Assembly: GCA_035267465.1 (NCBI GenBank)
Contig: DATFLS010000364.1
Coordinates: 1 to 40,185 of the forward strand
Origin: a bacterium
GTDB lineage: Bacteria; Fidelibacterota; JAANXI01
Length of the DNA: 40,185 nt
Reading direction: 5' to 3'
Both the position numbers and the translations under genes were made by a program. Below are positions 17,264-27,642 of this stretch, in pieces. Each line of letters opens with the position of its first letter. Within the stretch, counting starts at the first letter, position 1. The notes beneath the pieces are model-generated. The model made no database searches. It was not told the DNA's origin and saw nothing but the letters and a program-made list of their open reading frames with translations.

Positions 17264-19441
17264 TTATTTCAGATGGGTATCAAAAAAGTCAGTTATCTTC
17301 TGATACAGATGAATCCGATCCTCCACTGACTGGATCCCGTGTTTCTGCTGCGGGTAAATCATTAAGTCGAATGGTTTCCCGGCGTCGATTAAGGCATCCA
17401 CCATCTGAACCGCGTTCTGGAAATGAACGTTATCATCGCCGGTCCCGTGCACCAGCAGCAGGTAACCGGATAAGTTTTCTGCGGCAGTTACCGGGGAACT
17501 CTGTGAGTATCCCTCCGTGTTCTCCTGCGGAAGCCCCATATAGCGTTCGGTATAAATGGTGTCATAATTCCGCCAATCCGTGACCGGAGCAACAGACACA
17601 CCCGCCCGAAATTCCTCGGAATGAGTCAGCGCATATAATGTCATATATCCGCCGTAGCTCCAGCCCCAAATCCCGATCCGGTTCGGATCCACATAGGGGA
17701 GTGATTTCAAATAGCGTACCCCCCGGAGCTGATCAGAAAGCTCTGTTTCTCCCATATGCTGATAGATGACCTGCTCCCAGCGATGTCCCCGTGCGAAGGA
17801 TCCCCGGTTATCCATGGAAAACACCAGATAGCCTTGCTGCGCCATCATGTGGTGCCACAATGCACGGGATTCCCCGTACGAACGCCGCACCACCTGGACA
17901 TGCGGCCCTCCGTAGACGTAAATGAGCACCGGATATTTTTTATCCGGATTAAAATTCGGCGGTTTTAAGAGTGACGCATAAAACGTAACACCGTTCTCGT
18001 CCCGGAATGTAAAGATCTCCGGTTCCTGCAGATTATACTTCTCTATCGGTTGGGGATTCTGTTCGATATATCGTACGCGATCACCATGGTGGTCCTCCAG
18101 AATCAACTGTTCTGGCTGTAATAAGTCCGAGTAGGAATTAATAAAATAGGAGCCACTCCGGGAGAAATCGGCTGAGTTGGAGCCGACCGCATTCGTCAAC
18201 CGGGTGAGTTGACTGCCGTCAGTCTTCATTCGATAGAGGTGTCGTTCGGTGACGCTTTGTTTGGTGGCCGTGAAGTAAATATACTTCCTCGCCTCATCCA
18301 CTTTTTCAAGGTCCTCCACTATCCAGTTTCCCCGGGTGAGCTGATCAATCAACTCTCCTTCGTTTCCATAGAGATACAGATGCCGGTATCCGTCCCGCTC
18401 GGAGCCCCACACAAACCGATCAGCGTCCCGGAAGAAATAGACCTGATCTTCGATATTTATCCAGTAGGGATCACTCTCTTCCAGCAGCAGCTCGCTTTCA
18501 CCGGTTGCGATATTCGCGAGGAAGAAGTTCAGATGCTGTTGAAGGCGGTCTACCCGCATGAACGCCAATTGCTCGCCACCCGGCAGCCAGTAGACTCTGG
18601 GAATGTAGTATTCTTTCTCCCGGCCGATATCTATCCAGGTGGTATGTGGGTTTTGTTGCACCGGCACTACTCCGAGTCTGACCACGGGATTCGGATCACC
18701 GGCTTTGGGGTAACGCATCATTTCGAGATCCGGATGATAGGGGATCCAATCAACCAGGGGGTACTCCGGGACCGGAGATTCATCGAACTGCAGGTAACTG
18801 ATGTGTCTGGAGTCCGGAGCCCACCAGTATCCCTGGAAAATACCGCGTCCAATCAGTTCCTCCTGATACACCCAGTCCAGCTTCCCGTTTAACAGGTTCA
18901 GGGCTCCATCTGTGGTTAGCTGTATCTCTCTTTTACTCGAAAGATCGTATACGAACAGATTGTTATCACGACCGTAGGAAACAAATCTCCCGTCAGGGGA
19001 AATCCGCACCACTTCTTCTTCAGCAGGAGTATGAGTTAATCGACGTAATTCTCTGGTATTCAGCGAATACAACCACACTTCATCCGACCCGGTGAACACC
19101 AAACCGTCCTCATGCGGCAGCCACTGGTAGGTGGTGATCGAGGGGCCTTCCTCAGGATGCGCCATGCTGTCAAGGGCAGCCGATGTAATCACAACCTCTT
19201 TTTCACCCGATTCGGCTTCGACGCTGTACAGCTCGCATGTCCCCGGTTGGGCTGTTGAGACGTAAGAGTATCTGTCGGTCTGTGGCAGCCAGACGAGTTC
19301 ATCCGGAAGCTGTTCCTGGCTGTCAAATTCCCGGTAGATCGCTTCAACGGTAAGCTGCTGATTTGTGGCGGATTGTCCCCGGACCGAGGAGCATACGATG
19401 ACCAGAGACAGAAGGAGACTACAAACGCGAAGATGGTTCAT
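17264..19441 (-). CDS. S9B family dipeptidyl-peptidase IV-like serine peptidase (secreted)
   Basis: 725 aa with an N-terminal signal peptide (LLLSLVIVCSSVRGQ). A long beta-propeller-like N-terminal region is followed by a C-terminal alpha/beta hydrolase domain. That domain has the nucleophile motif GIWGWSYGGYMT and the Asp/His context VHGTGDDNVHFQN. Confidence 0.9.
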   Translation of the reverse strand: MNHLRVCSLLLSLVIVCSSVRGQSATNQQLTVEAIYREFDSQEQLPDELVWLPQTDRYSYVSTAQPGTCELYSVEAESGEKEVVITSAALDSMAHPEEGPSITTYQWLPHEDGLVFTGSDEVWLYSLNTRELRRLTHTPAEEEVVRISPDGRFVSYGRDNNLFVYDLSSKREIQLTTDGALNLLNGKLDWVYQEELIGRGIFQGYWWAPDSRHISYLQFDESPVPEYPLVDWIPYHPDLEMMRYPKAGDPNPVVRLGVVPVQQNPHTTWIDIGREKEYYIPRVYWLPGGEQLAFMRVDRLQQHLNFFLANIATGESELLLEESDPYWINIEDQVYFFRDADRFVWGSERDGYRHLYLYGNEGELIDQLTRGNWIVEDLEKVDEARKYIYFTATKQSVTERHLYRMKTDGSQLTRLTNAVGSNSADFSRSGSYFINSYSDLLQPEQLILEDHHGDRVRYIEQNPQPIEKYNLQEPEIFTFRDENGVTFYASLLKPPNFNPDKKYPVLIYVYGGPHVQVVRRSYGESRALWHHMMAQQGYLVFSMDNRGSFARGHRWEQVIYQHMGETELSDQLRGVRYLKSLPYVDPNRIGIWGWSYGGYMTLYALTHSEEFRAGVSVAPVTDWRNYDTIYTERYMGLPQENTEGYSQSSPVTAAENLSGYLLLVHGTGDDNVHFQNAVQMVDALIDAGKPFDLMIYPQQKHGIQSVEDRIHLYQKITDFFDTHLK

Positions 19442-19572
19442 TGGACAAATCCTTATCTCTCACCGATGGATTCGAAGAGGTCAAATTGATAGCAATTGAT
19501 AAGTGATTAGAGCCATACGTTATCCCGAGTGGGACCACAAGACGGGTAACGGCGCAAAATACTCAGCCGTCA

Positions 19573-20946
19573 TTACACATGACGGGGAATCTCCTCATAT
19601 AAATATGCAATGGTTTCCATTCCCAGATAGAAGTTTTCCAGGTCGAGCCATTCGTTTGGTGCGTGGGCATTTTCGCCGGGTAACCCGAACCCGAGAAGAA
19701 TGGCCGGGCACTGCAGGGAGTCGGTGATTGTGCGCACAAATGGAATAGAACCGCCTTCCCGGATAAACGCCGTTTCCTGATTAAAAGCCCTCTCAACCGC
19801 ACTGCCGGCTGCGGCGAAAATGGGATCTTCAATATCAGCCAGATAAGGGTGTCCGCCGTGCATCCTGGTTATTTTTACCTGCACGGTCGGTGGAGCAATA
19901 CGTTGAATAAAATCTTCGAACAAGTCCCCGATACGTTCCGGGTCCTGCTCCGGAACCAAACGCATACTCACTTTTCCCATTGCGGTGGCCGGGATCACGG
20001 TCTTGGCGCCCTTTCCGGTGAATCCAGCCTGTATTCCATTGATGTCCAGGGTGGGTCGACACCAGAGTTGTTCCAGGACAGAGAATTCGTCATCTTTTAC
20101 CAAACCCGGAGCCTGGACACTCTCTTTACGAAATTGATCCTCGTCAAAGGGAAGTTTCGCAAAGTTTTCCCGTTCACTGTCCGTTAGATCCTTCACATTA
20201 TCATAAAAACCCGGAATTGCGACGCGTCCCCGGTCATCCTTCAGCCGGGACAGCATTCTGACCAGCACATTGGCCGGGTTATCAACCGGGCCGCCGTAGG
20301 AACCGGAATGGAGATCGCTTCCCGGACCGCCCACGTCAATCTGGAAATATGTTAATCCCCGCAAACCATAGGTAATAGAAGGCACTCCTTTAGCAAACAT
20401 TCCGGTATCAGACACCACAACCACATCCGCAGTCAGGCGTTCTTTATTCCGGTGTAAAAAATCGTTCAGGTGGGCGCTGCCGATCTCCTCTTCGCCTTCG
20501 AAGATCACCTTGACGTTCACCGGCAGAGAACCGCCCCGATGTAACCAGCTGTCAAGTGCAGCCAGATGAATGTATAGTTGGCCTTTATCATCGATGACAC
20601 CACGACCATACAGGCGGCCGTCTCGCTGGGTGGCTTCAAATGGCGGAGACTCCCAGAGATCCACCGGATCTTCCGGCTGCACGTCATAATGCCCATAGAT
20701 AAGAATGGTCGGCGCATCCGCAGCATGCAACCAGTCACCATACACGACCGGATTCCCCCCGGTCTCCATTAATTGAACGTTCTCCAGACCTGCTTGCTGC
20801 ATATCCTGCTTCAGATGATTCGCACAGCGAGTCATTTCTCCCTGGCGATCAGGGTCACTGCTGACACTGGGAATTGCTACCAGTGCCGTAACCTGTTCCA
20901 CATACATATTATGATGTTCCCTGAGATGGGCAATAATTTCATCCAT
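19573..20946 (-). CDS. M20 family dipeptidase/peptidase
   Basis: 457 aa. It carries metal-ligand motifs typical of M20 (ILIYGHYDVQP, GRGVIDDKGQL, EGEEEIGS) and the C-terminal GENAHAPNEW. Confidence 0.85.
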   Translation of the reverse strand: MDEIIAHLREHHNMYVEQVTALVAIPSVSSDPDRQGEMTRCANHLKQDMQQAGLENVQLMETGGNPVVYGDWLHAADAPTILIYGHYDVQPEDPVDLWESPPFEATQRDGRLYGRGVIDDKGQLYIHLAALDSWLHRGGSLPVNVKVIFEGEEEIGSAHLNDFLHRNKERLTADVVVVSDTGMFAKGVPSITYGLRGLTYFQIDVGGPGSDLHSGSYGGPVDNPANVLVRMLSRLKDDRGRVAIPGFYDNVKDLTDSERENFAKLPFDEDQFRKESVQAPGLVKDDEFSVLEQLWCRPTLDINGIQAGFTGKGAKTVIPATAMGKVSMRLVPEQDPERIGDLFEDFIQRIAPPTVQVKITRMHGGHPYLADIEDPIFAAAGSAVERAFNQETAFIREGGSIPFVRTITDSLQCPAILLGFGLPGENAHAPNEWLDLENFYLGMETIAYLYEEIPRHV

Positions 20947-21063
20947 GAGTTCACTCGTCCAATGCTAGAGCGATTGACCAATCATCACGAAAAACGAAGA
21001 ATTAATAGGGGAGGGATAGTGTTCCCGCTACGCCTGCCAAGTTCGCGTCAATACACTTTGCTG

Positions 21064-21717
21064 CTATGTCACCGCTTCCTTTTGTCGCTCGTACTCCTCC
21101 ATCAGCTTTGCAAATTCACCCGGACTCTCCGCCTGCAGGAATTCGTTCGTTGCTTTCTGTTCGCCGATTGTACTGACCGGCTCCTCACCATAATTATGTC
21201 CCGGATAGATTTTCGTATCATCAGGCAGCGTTAACAGTTTATCATTGATGCTGTGGTAGAGTGCTTCCACATCACTTTTCGGACTCCGGGTTCTCCCCGG
21301 TCTTCCGATAAACAGAGTGTCGCCGGTGAAGACTGCGCCATCGGCCACGACACAAACACTGTCCGGAAAATGACCCGGCGTATGATAGAAGGTGAGCGGA
21401 ATACTCCCCAGATAAATCTCCTCACCATCCTCCACGTCAATATGCTCTTTTTCGCCGATATTCATAATCGTATCGCCATACGTGATAAGGGTCAAATCCC
21501 GCAATTTTTTAAGTAACGCTTCGGCCCACGCATAGTGATCATGATGGCTGTGAGTGATAATCAAGTACTGGATTTCCAGATTTGCTTCATTCGCCGATTT
21601 GATCAGCGTTTCTGCACCGATCGCTGCATCGATGATAGCCCCTTTACGACTTTTTTCGCAACCAATGATATACGAGAAATTTTTATCATATCCCCCTTCA
21701 ATACTTCTAACTATCAT
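21064..21717 (-). CDS. MBL-fold metallo-hydrolase
   Basis: It has the metallo-beta-lactamase signature ITHSHHDH plus the downstream motifs TPGHFPDS and IYPGHNYG. I place the start at ATG 21717, which has an AGGAG SD 6 nt upstream, rather than at the ORF-track start 21732. Confidence 0.85.
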   Translation of the reverse strand: MIVRSIEGGYDKNFSYIIGCEKSRKGAIIDAAIGAETLIKSANEANLEIQYLIITHSHHDHYAWAEALLKKLRDLTLITYGDTIMNIGEKEHIDVEDGEEIYLGSIPLTFYHTPGHFPDSVCVVADGAVFTGDTLFIGRPGRTRSPKSDVEALYHSINDKLLTLPDDTKIYPGHNYGEEPVSTIGEQKATNEFLQAESPGEFAKLMEEYERQKEAVT

Positions 21718-22002
21718 TCCTATCTCCTGCAAAATCTTCTGTTTAATTCAGGTCAATCAGAATCATTACAGTAAAAATTCTTCAATCCTTTGTCTATGCA
21801 TACTTCCCACTCAGCCAGGAACAATCCCAAAAAAATGATACAATACAAAACGAACTGTTTCAAGCAAAACCGGCCGAATTCAACCCGCATCATTTTCCCC
21901 TCATATTCTGTGAGAAATATCACACACACCGTATATCACAGTCATATTCATTTGTCCGGAGAATGGACTAAATCTGCATTGGGAATTCCTCTCAGGAAAA
22001 TA

Positions 22003-23262
22003 TCAGCTCCTCCCGGGTAGTTCTGCTGGCAGGTTCTCCCTTTCCGGTGTGGTCATTTCGAACACCGCTGCCAGCATTTCTCGATATGTTGCGGAGGTCT
22101 CAACCCCTCGCCGGAGCTGCACAATTTCTGCTGTGGTGAGCATTTTATCCAGGTGATACAGTTCCCACTGCTCCACGCCTCCCCACGTAAAAGAGGGCAC
22201 GAATTTCGGGGGAAATCCTTTGCCGAATACATTGCACCCCACCCCATAGACTGACCCGGTGTTGATTGAGGTGCCAATGGACGTCTTCGTATGATCCCCG
22301 ATAACACATCCTACAAATTGCAGGCCAGTGTTCACCATATTTCCATTTATCGGCATAGAGATGGTAGAATAATTATTTTTTAAATCGCTGTTGGTGGTAC
22401 CGGCACCGAGATTAACCCATTCCCCAAGATACGCGCCTCCCAAAAATCCATCGTGCTTTTTATTGGTATACCCCTGGATGACGGTTTCTCCCACTTCACC
22501 CCCAATTTTACAGACCGGTCCGATGGAGCATTGACCTGTTATATTCGCACCCGCACTGATTACTGACCGGGGCCCAATATAACATGGCCCTATGACCGTG
22601 GCGTTGTGCCCGATGATTACTTCATCATCAAGGACGATAATTCCCGGTTCCGCATCCAGGACAACGCCGGGTTTGATCCGCACATTCTCTCCCACATACA
22701 CCTTTTCCTCACCGAGTACATGCATCCCGGGAAAGTTCCGTGGATTGAGCGTATTGGCCAGAGCAAGCCGGTTCGCATCAGTCTCGATTTCGGCAGGCAT
22801 AGATTGAATATATTCCCAGGGATACCGTAACACTTTCCACTCAACATCATGACGCTTTCGGAACGGAACATCCTGAAACATGAGGGTCCCATTTTCTTCG
22901 GTCGTGAGATGTCGAATAAACCCGGCAGGAATGGCGGCGGCCAGTACTCTCTCATCCCGTGTATAGCACACCGGTTGATTCCCGTGGCTTTCCGGCGTAT
23001 AGAATTCATTCATCAGTACACGGCCGTTAATGAACAGGGTATCTTCTTCGGGGAGTTGATTAATCAGTGCATCCGGGAACTGCTCCTGCAATAGCAGTGA
23101 TAGATGATCCCGGCAAAAGTAGATGATTTGATGCCCTGTGAATTGGGTTAAAATTTTTTTGCGTAGTGTGAGGATTCCACAGGTCAGCTCAAACACAGGA
23201 CGCGTAAGGGTTAGAGGAGCAGTATCGACAACCAGGTCATCTTCAAAGATGCAGAGATTCAT
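22003..23262 (-). CDS. GlmU-like putative sugar nucleotidyltransferase/acyltransferase with left-handed beta-helix
   Basis: 419 aa. The C-terminal half shows hexapeptide-repeat character (VIIGHNATVIGPCYIGPRSVISAGANITGQCSIGPVCKIGGEV...). The overall architecture resembles the alternative bacterial GlmU-like family (about 390-420 aa) that I recall from FCB genomes. Confidence 0.65.
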   Translation of the reverse strand: MNLCIFEDDLVVDTAPLTLTRPVFELTCGILTLRKKILTQFTGHQIIYFCRDHLSLLLQEQFPDALINQLPEEDTLFINGRVLMNEFYTPESHGNQPVCYTRDERVLAAAIPAGFIRHLTTEENGTLMFQDVPFRKRHDVEWKVLRYPWEYIQSMPAEIETDANRLALANTLNPRNFPGMHVLGEEKVYVGENVRIKPGVVLDAEPGIIVLDDEVIIGHNATVIGPCYIGPRSVISAGANITGQCSIGPVCKIGGEVGETVIQGYTNKKHDGFLGGAYLGEWVNLGAGTTNSDLKNNYSTISMPINGNMVNTGLQFVGCVIGDHTKTSIGTSINTGSVYGVGCNVFGKGFPPKFVPSFTWGGVEQWELYHLDKMLTTAEIVQLRRGVETSATYREMLAAVFEMTTPERENLPAELPGRS

Positions 23263-23315
23263 GAGGGGAAGTTTGAATTATCTGGGTTCAGGGGCTACCG
23301 TCTGTCGACATTCTG

Positions 23316-23864
23316 TTACTTTCCTTCGATTGCCAGAGTTTTTTGGATCCCTCTGTAGGCATTTTCGAGCGGAAATTCCCCGCCCTCCTGTGCAAATTCA
23401 ATGTTAAAAAAGAGATGCGAGTAGGGAGATTCCAGCCCGATTCGCAGCGGCGCTCCGGACCTCCAGCACAACATGGAAGTGCCCAAATCAAACGTGTGGC
23501 TGAAATCGGCAGCCACATGGAAATCATTCCTAGTTATCTGCCGTTCGAATGCTTCGGAAAAAAGCCCTGCCCGGGTGCGGCTTGTACCATTTGCGCGAAC
23601 GACAGTGTCCTGGGGACGAGTAGGAATCGGACTGTTAAAGCCATTGGGAACAATATAGGTGATATGATGCTTTTGATCATCCTGAGAGATATATTTCAAA
23701 ACATACCGTGCAACTAAAAATTCGGTAAAATCCCAGGGAAGACAGATAAGGATGTTTTTCGCATCCGAGAGTGCCTGGGTGAAAGAAATAATATCTGAAG
23801 CACTTTGTCTGTGCTCCCATTGAAACCTGCGGAGTGTTATCCAATATAATAGCTTATTCCACAT
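23316..23864 (-). CDS. Hypothetical protein; resembles the N-terminal half of GT9 (heptosyltransferase-type) glycosyltransferases
   Basis: 182-aa ORF 53 nt upstream of the GlmU-like gene on the same strand. NILICLPWDFTEFLVARYVLKYI and FDLGTSMLCWRSGAPLRIGL echo the GT9 N-domain pattern (ILIIR...GD..., then YD..IDL....S..L...SGA..RIG). The resemblance is tentative. Confidence 0.4.
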   Translation of the reverse strand: MWNKLLYWITLRRFQWEHRQSASDIISFTQALSDAKNILICLPWDFTEFLVARYVLKYISQDDQKHHITYIVPNGFNSPIPTRPQDTVVRANGTSRTRAGLFSEAFERQITRNDFHVAADFSHTFDLGTSMLCWRSGAPLRIGLESPYSHLFFNIEFAQEGGEFPLENAYRGIQKTLAIEGK

Positions 23865-24099
23865 AAAACTCTTCTGTCCTAAAAATTCACATCGGAAAAT
23901 TTACCTAAATTACAAGCGTAGTCAATAGTAAACCACCAAAAATACGTTTGTTAGACAGATTGAACCCCCTCGATTAGCCTAGATAGAGCTTGCATTTTTT
24001 ACCTGTTACCCACAAATTTGCCCCAAATCAGCCACCAGAATGTGTCCTGCTAATACGCTCGAAGGAACCAAATCATGTCTCATTTAAGGGAGGCCGTGC

Positions 24100-24435
24100 A
24101 TGTATAAGTGGAAAGGTGGAATGCTATCGTGGATTCTGCATCGGGTCAGCGGCATCGGGCTGGTCATTTTTTTGATTCTCCATATTGAAGGGATGTTTAG
24201 TATAGCGAAAGGGCCGGAGGCATTCAATAAGGTCATTGCCACCTACAATACCCCCCTGTTTAAGGTCCTTGAAATCTTTCTTTTCGCAGCGATCATGTTC
24301 CATGCTATAAACGGATTGCGGGTAATTTTACTGGATTTTGCCAGCGGGTCAAGATATCCGAAACCCCTGCTCTATTCCACCTATATAGTCACAGGAATTG
24401 TATTTCTCATCGGTGCATATTTTCTTCTGATTTGA
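24100..24435 (+). CDS. sdhC: Succinate dehydrogenase cytochrome b subunit
   Basis: 111 aa with three predicted TM helices and a conserved His context (SWILHRVSGIGLVIFLILHI). An SD (AAGGGAGG) lies 7 nt upstream. It is the first gene of the sdhCDAB array. Confidence 0.8.
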   Translation: MYKWKGGMLSWILHRVSGIGLVIFLILHIEGMFSIAKGPEAFNKVIATYNTPLFKVLEIFLFAAIMFHAINGLRVILLDFASGSRYPKPLLYSTYIVTGIVFLIGAYFLLI

Positions 24436-24448
24436 GAGGAGCAACAGC

Positions 24449-24820
24449 ATGAGTTATCAGGGAACCACAAGTGATTCAGGTGCGGTCAGCTGGTATTTAC
24501 AGCGCATCACCGGGGCCATTCTCTTTTTCCAGGTCCTCTTTCATTTCGGGGTCTATCATTTCGTCGAGGGCGTGGCAAATATTAGCTATGATCTGGCGAT
24601 TGCCCGCCTGGCCAATCCCTGGTGGAAAACCTTTGAATTTTCGTTTTTAATTTTCGCTCTCTATCACGGCATGAACGGCATCAAGATGATTATTGATGAC
24701 TATGTGATCGTTCCGGGCTGGCGCATTGCTGCGCTTACGGTACTGTATACCGGCATCTTTGCGATTTTCATGTTGGGAGCAGTGGCAATAATTGTGATTC
24801 ATAAACCTGTGGAATATTAA
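24449..24820 (+). CDS. sdhD: Succinate dehydrogenase hydrophobic membrane anchor subunit
   Basis: 123 aa with three TM helices and the N-terminal [12 protein letters not shown] typical of SdhD. An SD (GAGGAG) is present. It sits between sdhC and sdhA. Confidence 0.8.
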   Translation: MSYQGTTSDSGAVSWYLQRITGAILFFQVLFHFGVYHFVEGVANISYDLAIARLANPWWKTFEFSFLIFALYHGMNGIKMIIDDYVIVPGWRIAALTVLYTGIFAIFMLGAVAIIVIHKPVEY

Positions 24821-24825
24821 TTACG

Positions 24826-26553
24826 ATGGTACACAAATTTGACGTAGTAATTGTTGGTGCTGGCGGGGCCGGACTTCGGGCAGCGCTGGAAGCTTCTGAA
24901 TCTGCAAATGTCGCTGTAATCAGTAAACTCTATCCCGTGCGATCCCATACCGGCGCAGCCCAGGGCGGGATCGGTGCCGCATTGGGGAATCATGAACAAG
25001 ATCGCTGGGAATGGCATATGTACGACACGGTGAAGGGCAGTGATTACCTGGGCGACCAGGATGCCATCGAAATCCTCTGCAAGGAGGCGGTGGATGCTAT
25101 TCTTGAGATGGAGCACTTCGGATTGCCCTTCAGTCGCACCGAGGACGGTAAAATCGCTCAACGACAGTTTGGCGGGCATACCAGCAATTATGGAGGTAAG
25201 GCCGTCCGGCGTGCGTGCTATTCGGCCGACCGTACCGGCCATATGATTCTGCACACCCTGTACGAGAAGTGCATGGAACGGCATGTCCGGTTCTACAATG
25301 AATTCCACGTAGCGGATGTTATCATTGAAGATAACGTCTGTCGAGGCGTCGCCGCACTAGAGATCAAGACCGGCGAAATTCATATTTTTCAAGCGAAGGC
25401 AGTCCTGTTCGCCACCGGCGGCTATGGCCGGGCCTTCAAAATCACCTCCAATGCCCATGCCTATACGGGGGATGGAATGGCGATTGTCTTTCGGCGCGGT
25501 ATCCCTCTGGAAGACATGGAATTCGTCCAGTTCCATCCTACCGGATTGTGGCGTTTAGGGATATTAATCACCGAAGGGGCCCGTGGAGAAGGCGGGATCC
25601 TCCGGAATAAGGACGGCGAGCGCTTCATGGAACGATATGCTCCGTCCATTAAGGATCTGGCGCCCAGAGATCTCGTTTCGCGCGCCATCTATGATGAACT
25701 GCAGGCCGGTCGGGGCATTGACGGGAAGGATTATGTGCATCTCGATTTAACCCATCTTGACCCGGGACAGCTGGAGGAGAAGCTCCCGGATGTCCTGTTC
25801 TTTGCCAGGACATACCTGGCCGTGGATCCGCTGGCAGAACCTATTCCCGTGCAACCGACTTGCCATTACGCTATGGGCGGTATTCCGACGAACGTCGATG
25901 GCCAGGTGGTTGCCGATTTCCGGAATACGCCGGTGGATGGCCTGTATGCCGCGGGTGAAGTTGCCTGCGTCTCCGTGCATGGCGCAAATCGGCTGGGCAC
26001 GAACTCCCTGCTGGATCTTGTGGTCTTCGGCCGTCGTGCCGGAAACCATATGGCCCGCTTTGCCAACTCAACGGATTTCGCACGGTTGCCCGAGACACCT
26101 GTACAATCCCTCCGGGAACGTATCCGGCAAATCAAAGAATCCACCGGGAATGAAAATCCGCTGGACATCAGAACAGAATTACGGAACAATATGATGGATC
26201 TTGTCTCGGTCTATCGGTCCGGGGAAACCCTGACCAAAATGAAAGACATCCTCACTGATTTAAAAGACAGATACCAGAATATCTCGATTATGGACAAAGG
26301 TAACATTTTCAATACAGACGTGTTAGACGCCATCGAATTGGGCTATTTGCTGGATTTTTCTTCGGCTATCGTGGATTCTGCACTTGCCAGAGAAGAAAGC
26401 AGAGGCGCCCATTTTCGGGATGATTTTCAGAATCGGGATGATGAGAACTGGCTGAAACATACCCTGGCTTATCTGAGAGATGACGGCACTGTTGAACTGG
26501 ACTACAAACCGGTCTCGATCACCCAATTCGAACCGAAAGAACGGAAGTACTAA
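24826..26553 (+). CDS. sdhA: Succinate dehydrogenase (or fumarate reductase) flavoprotein subunit
   Basis: 575 aa with the FAD fold [15 protein letters not shown] and the covalent-FAD histidine context [10 protein letters not shown]. It also has HPTG, the active-site [10 protein letters not shown], and the C-terminal [12 protein letters not shown]. Confidence 0.95.
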   Translation: MVHKFDVVIVGAGGAGLRAALEASESANVAVISKLYPVRSHTGAAQGGIGAALGNHEQDRWEWHMYDTVKGSDYLGDQDAIEILCKEAVDAILEMEHFGLPFSRTEDGKIAQRQFGGHTSNYGGKAVRRACYSADRTGHMILHTLYEKCMERHVRFYNEFHVADVIIEDNVCRGVAALEIKTGEIHIFQAKAVLFATGGYGRAFKITSNAHAYTGDGMAIVFRRGIPLEDMEFVQFHPTGLWRLGILITEGARGEGGILRNKDGERFMERYAPSIKDLAPRDLVSRAIYDELQAGRGIDGKDYVHLDLTHLDPGQLEEKLPDVLFFARTYLAVDPLAEPIPVQPTCHYAMGGIPTNVDGQVVADFRNTPVDGLYAAGEVACVSVHGANRLGTNSLLDLVVFGRRAGNHMARFANSTDFARLPETPVQSLRERIRQIKESTGNENPLDIRTELRNNMMDLVSVYRSGETLTKMKDILTDLKDRYQNISIMDKGNIFNTDVLDAIELGYLLDFSSAIVDSALAREESRGAHFRDDFQNRDDENWLKHTLAYLRDDGTVELDYKPVSITQFEPKERKY

Positions 26554-26588
26554 CCGACAGCTCCACCAGACGCGGAAGGACAGGATAG

Positions 26589-27290
26589 ATGGACGTTACA
26601 TTCAAGATTAAGCGGTTCAATCCGGAAACAGACGACGCTGAGCACTGGGAGTCATACCCACTGGAAGTTGATCCCAAAGACCGTGTCCTGGATTCGCTTT
26701 TAAAGATTAAACGCACTCTGGACGGCACCCTGACCTTCCGGTATTCGTGCGCGCATGGCGTGTGCGGATCCGATGGTATGATGATCAATGGAATCAATCA
26801 GCTGGCGTGTCAGGTGTTGAACCAAGATCTGAAGTCGGATACTATTAAAATTGAGCCCATGAAGGGCTACACTGTCCTCAAGGATTTGGTGGTCGATTTC
26901 GATCCATTTTTCGAAAGCCTGGAGAAGGTGAAACCGTATCTGATTAATGACGAGCTGCCACCTTCCCGCGAACGGCTGCAATCCATTGAAGAACGGGCAC
27001 GATTCGATGATACCACCAAATGTATTTTATGTGGTATCTGTACCACCTCCTGTCCTTCGTTCTGGGCGAATGGGCAATATCTGGGACCAGCGGCGATCGT
27101 TAATGCCCATCGTTTCATCTTTGACAGTCGGGACAGAGGGGCACAGGAACGCCTGGAAATTCTGAATGACCGGGACGGAGTCTGGCGGTGCCATACCATA
27201 TTTAACTGCACGGACGCTTGTCCCCGTGAAATCAACGTCACTCAGGCGATCGCGGAAGTTAAAAACGCCATCACCTTTCATAAGGTTTAA
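26589..27290 (+). CDS. sdhB: Succinate dehydrogenase iron-sulfur subunit
   Basis: 233 aa. The 2Fe-2S motif is CAHGVCGSDGMMINGINQLAC (E. coli-type, with Asp at the third ligand position). The 4Fe-4S motif is CILCGICTTSCP and the 3Fe-4S motif is CHTIFNCTDACP. Confidence 0.95.
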   Translation: MDVTFKIKRFNPETDDAEHWESYPLEVDPKDRVLDSLLKIKRTLDGTLTFRYSCAHGVCGSDGMMINGINQLACQVLNQDLKSDTIKIEPMKGYTVLKDLVVDFDPFFESLEKVKPYLINDELPPSRERLQSIEERARFDDTTKCILCGICTTSCPSFWANGQYLGPAAIVNAHRFIFDSRDRGAQERLEILNDRDGVWRCHTIFNCTDACPREINVTQAIAEVKNAITFHKV

Positions 27291-27517
27291 CTCTGTTATT
27301 CATTCTCTGACTATAGATCCGCCTCGAATCGGTGCAACCGCTTACTCAGGTTTAACCTTTCCTCTGTGATCATCCCGGGCACATATTCAGAATCGTTGCA
27401 TATGCATATGGTTGAACGTCCCGGCGCTCTTATCCATGTCTCCAAAGACATTTCATCATGCTGCCCATGCTGTAATAAGTAAAAGTGCAGTCGCTCGGAT
27501 CAGCAACGGAAGGTGCA

Positions 27518-27559
27518 ATAAAAAACGATGGCGAGACCCGTATATAGATCTCGCCATCG
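27518..27559 (-). terminator. Rho-independent terminator of the exbB-exbD-exbD-tonB unit
   Basis: A perfect 11-bp stem pairs 27526-27536 (CGATGGCGAGA) with 27549-27559 (TCTCGCCATCG) around a 12-nt loop. Read on the minus strand it is followed by a T6 run (plus-strand A run 27520-25). It lies 84 nt downstream of the tonB stop. Confidence 0.7.
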
Positions 27560-27642
27560 CTGAACATCTGTTCTCAGCTAACACAATCAGGCTGCTCGTA
27601 ATCCTGCTACTCAACCACTCGTATTAAACAGGCCGGGATTGT

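Noticed and set aside
26748-26810. The SdhB 2Fe-2S motif has Asp instead of the third Cys (CAHGVCGSDG...C).
   Set aside because: This is the normal E. coli-type SdhB arrangement (C-x4-C-x2-D-x11-C), not a defect or novelty.
27412-27627. 71-aa plus-strand ORF between sdhB and tonB.
   Set aside because: It spans the minus-strand terminator hairpin, has no SD and has an odd composition. The region is better explained as the 3' UTR/terminator zone of convergent operons.
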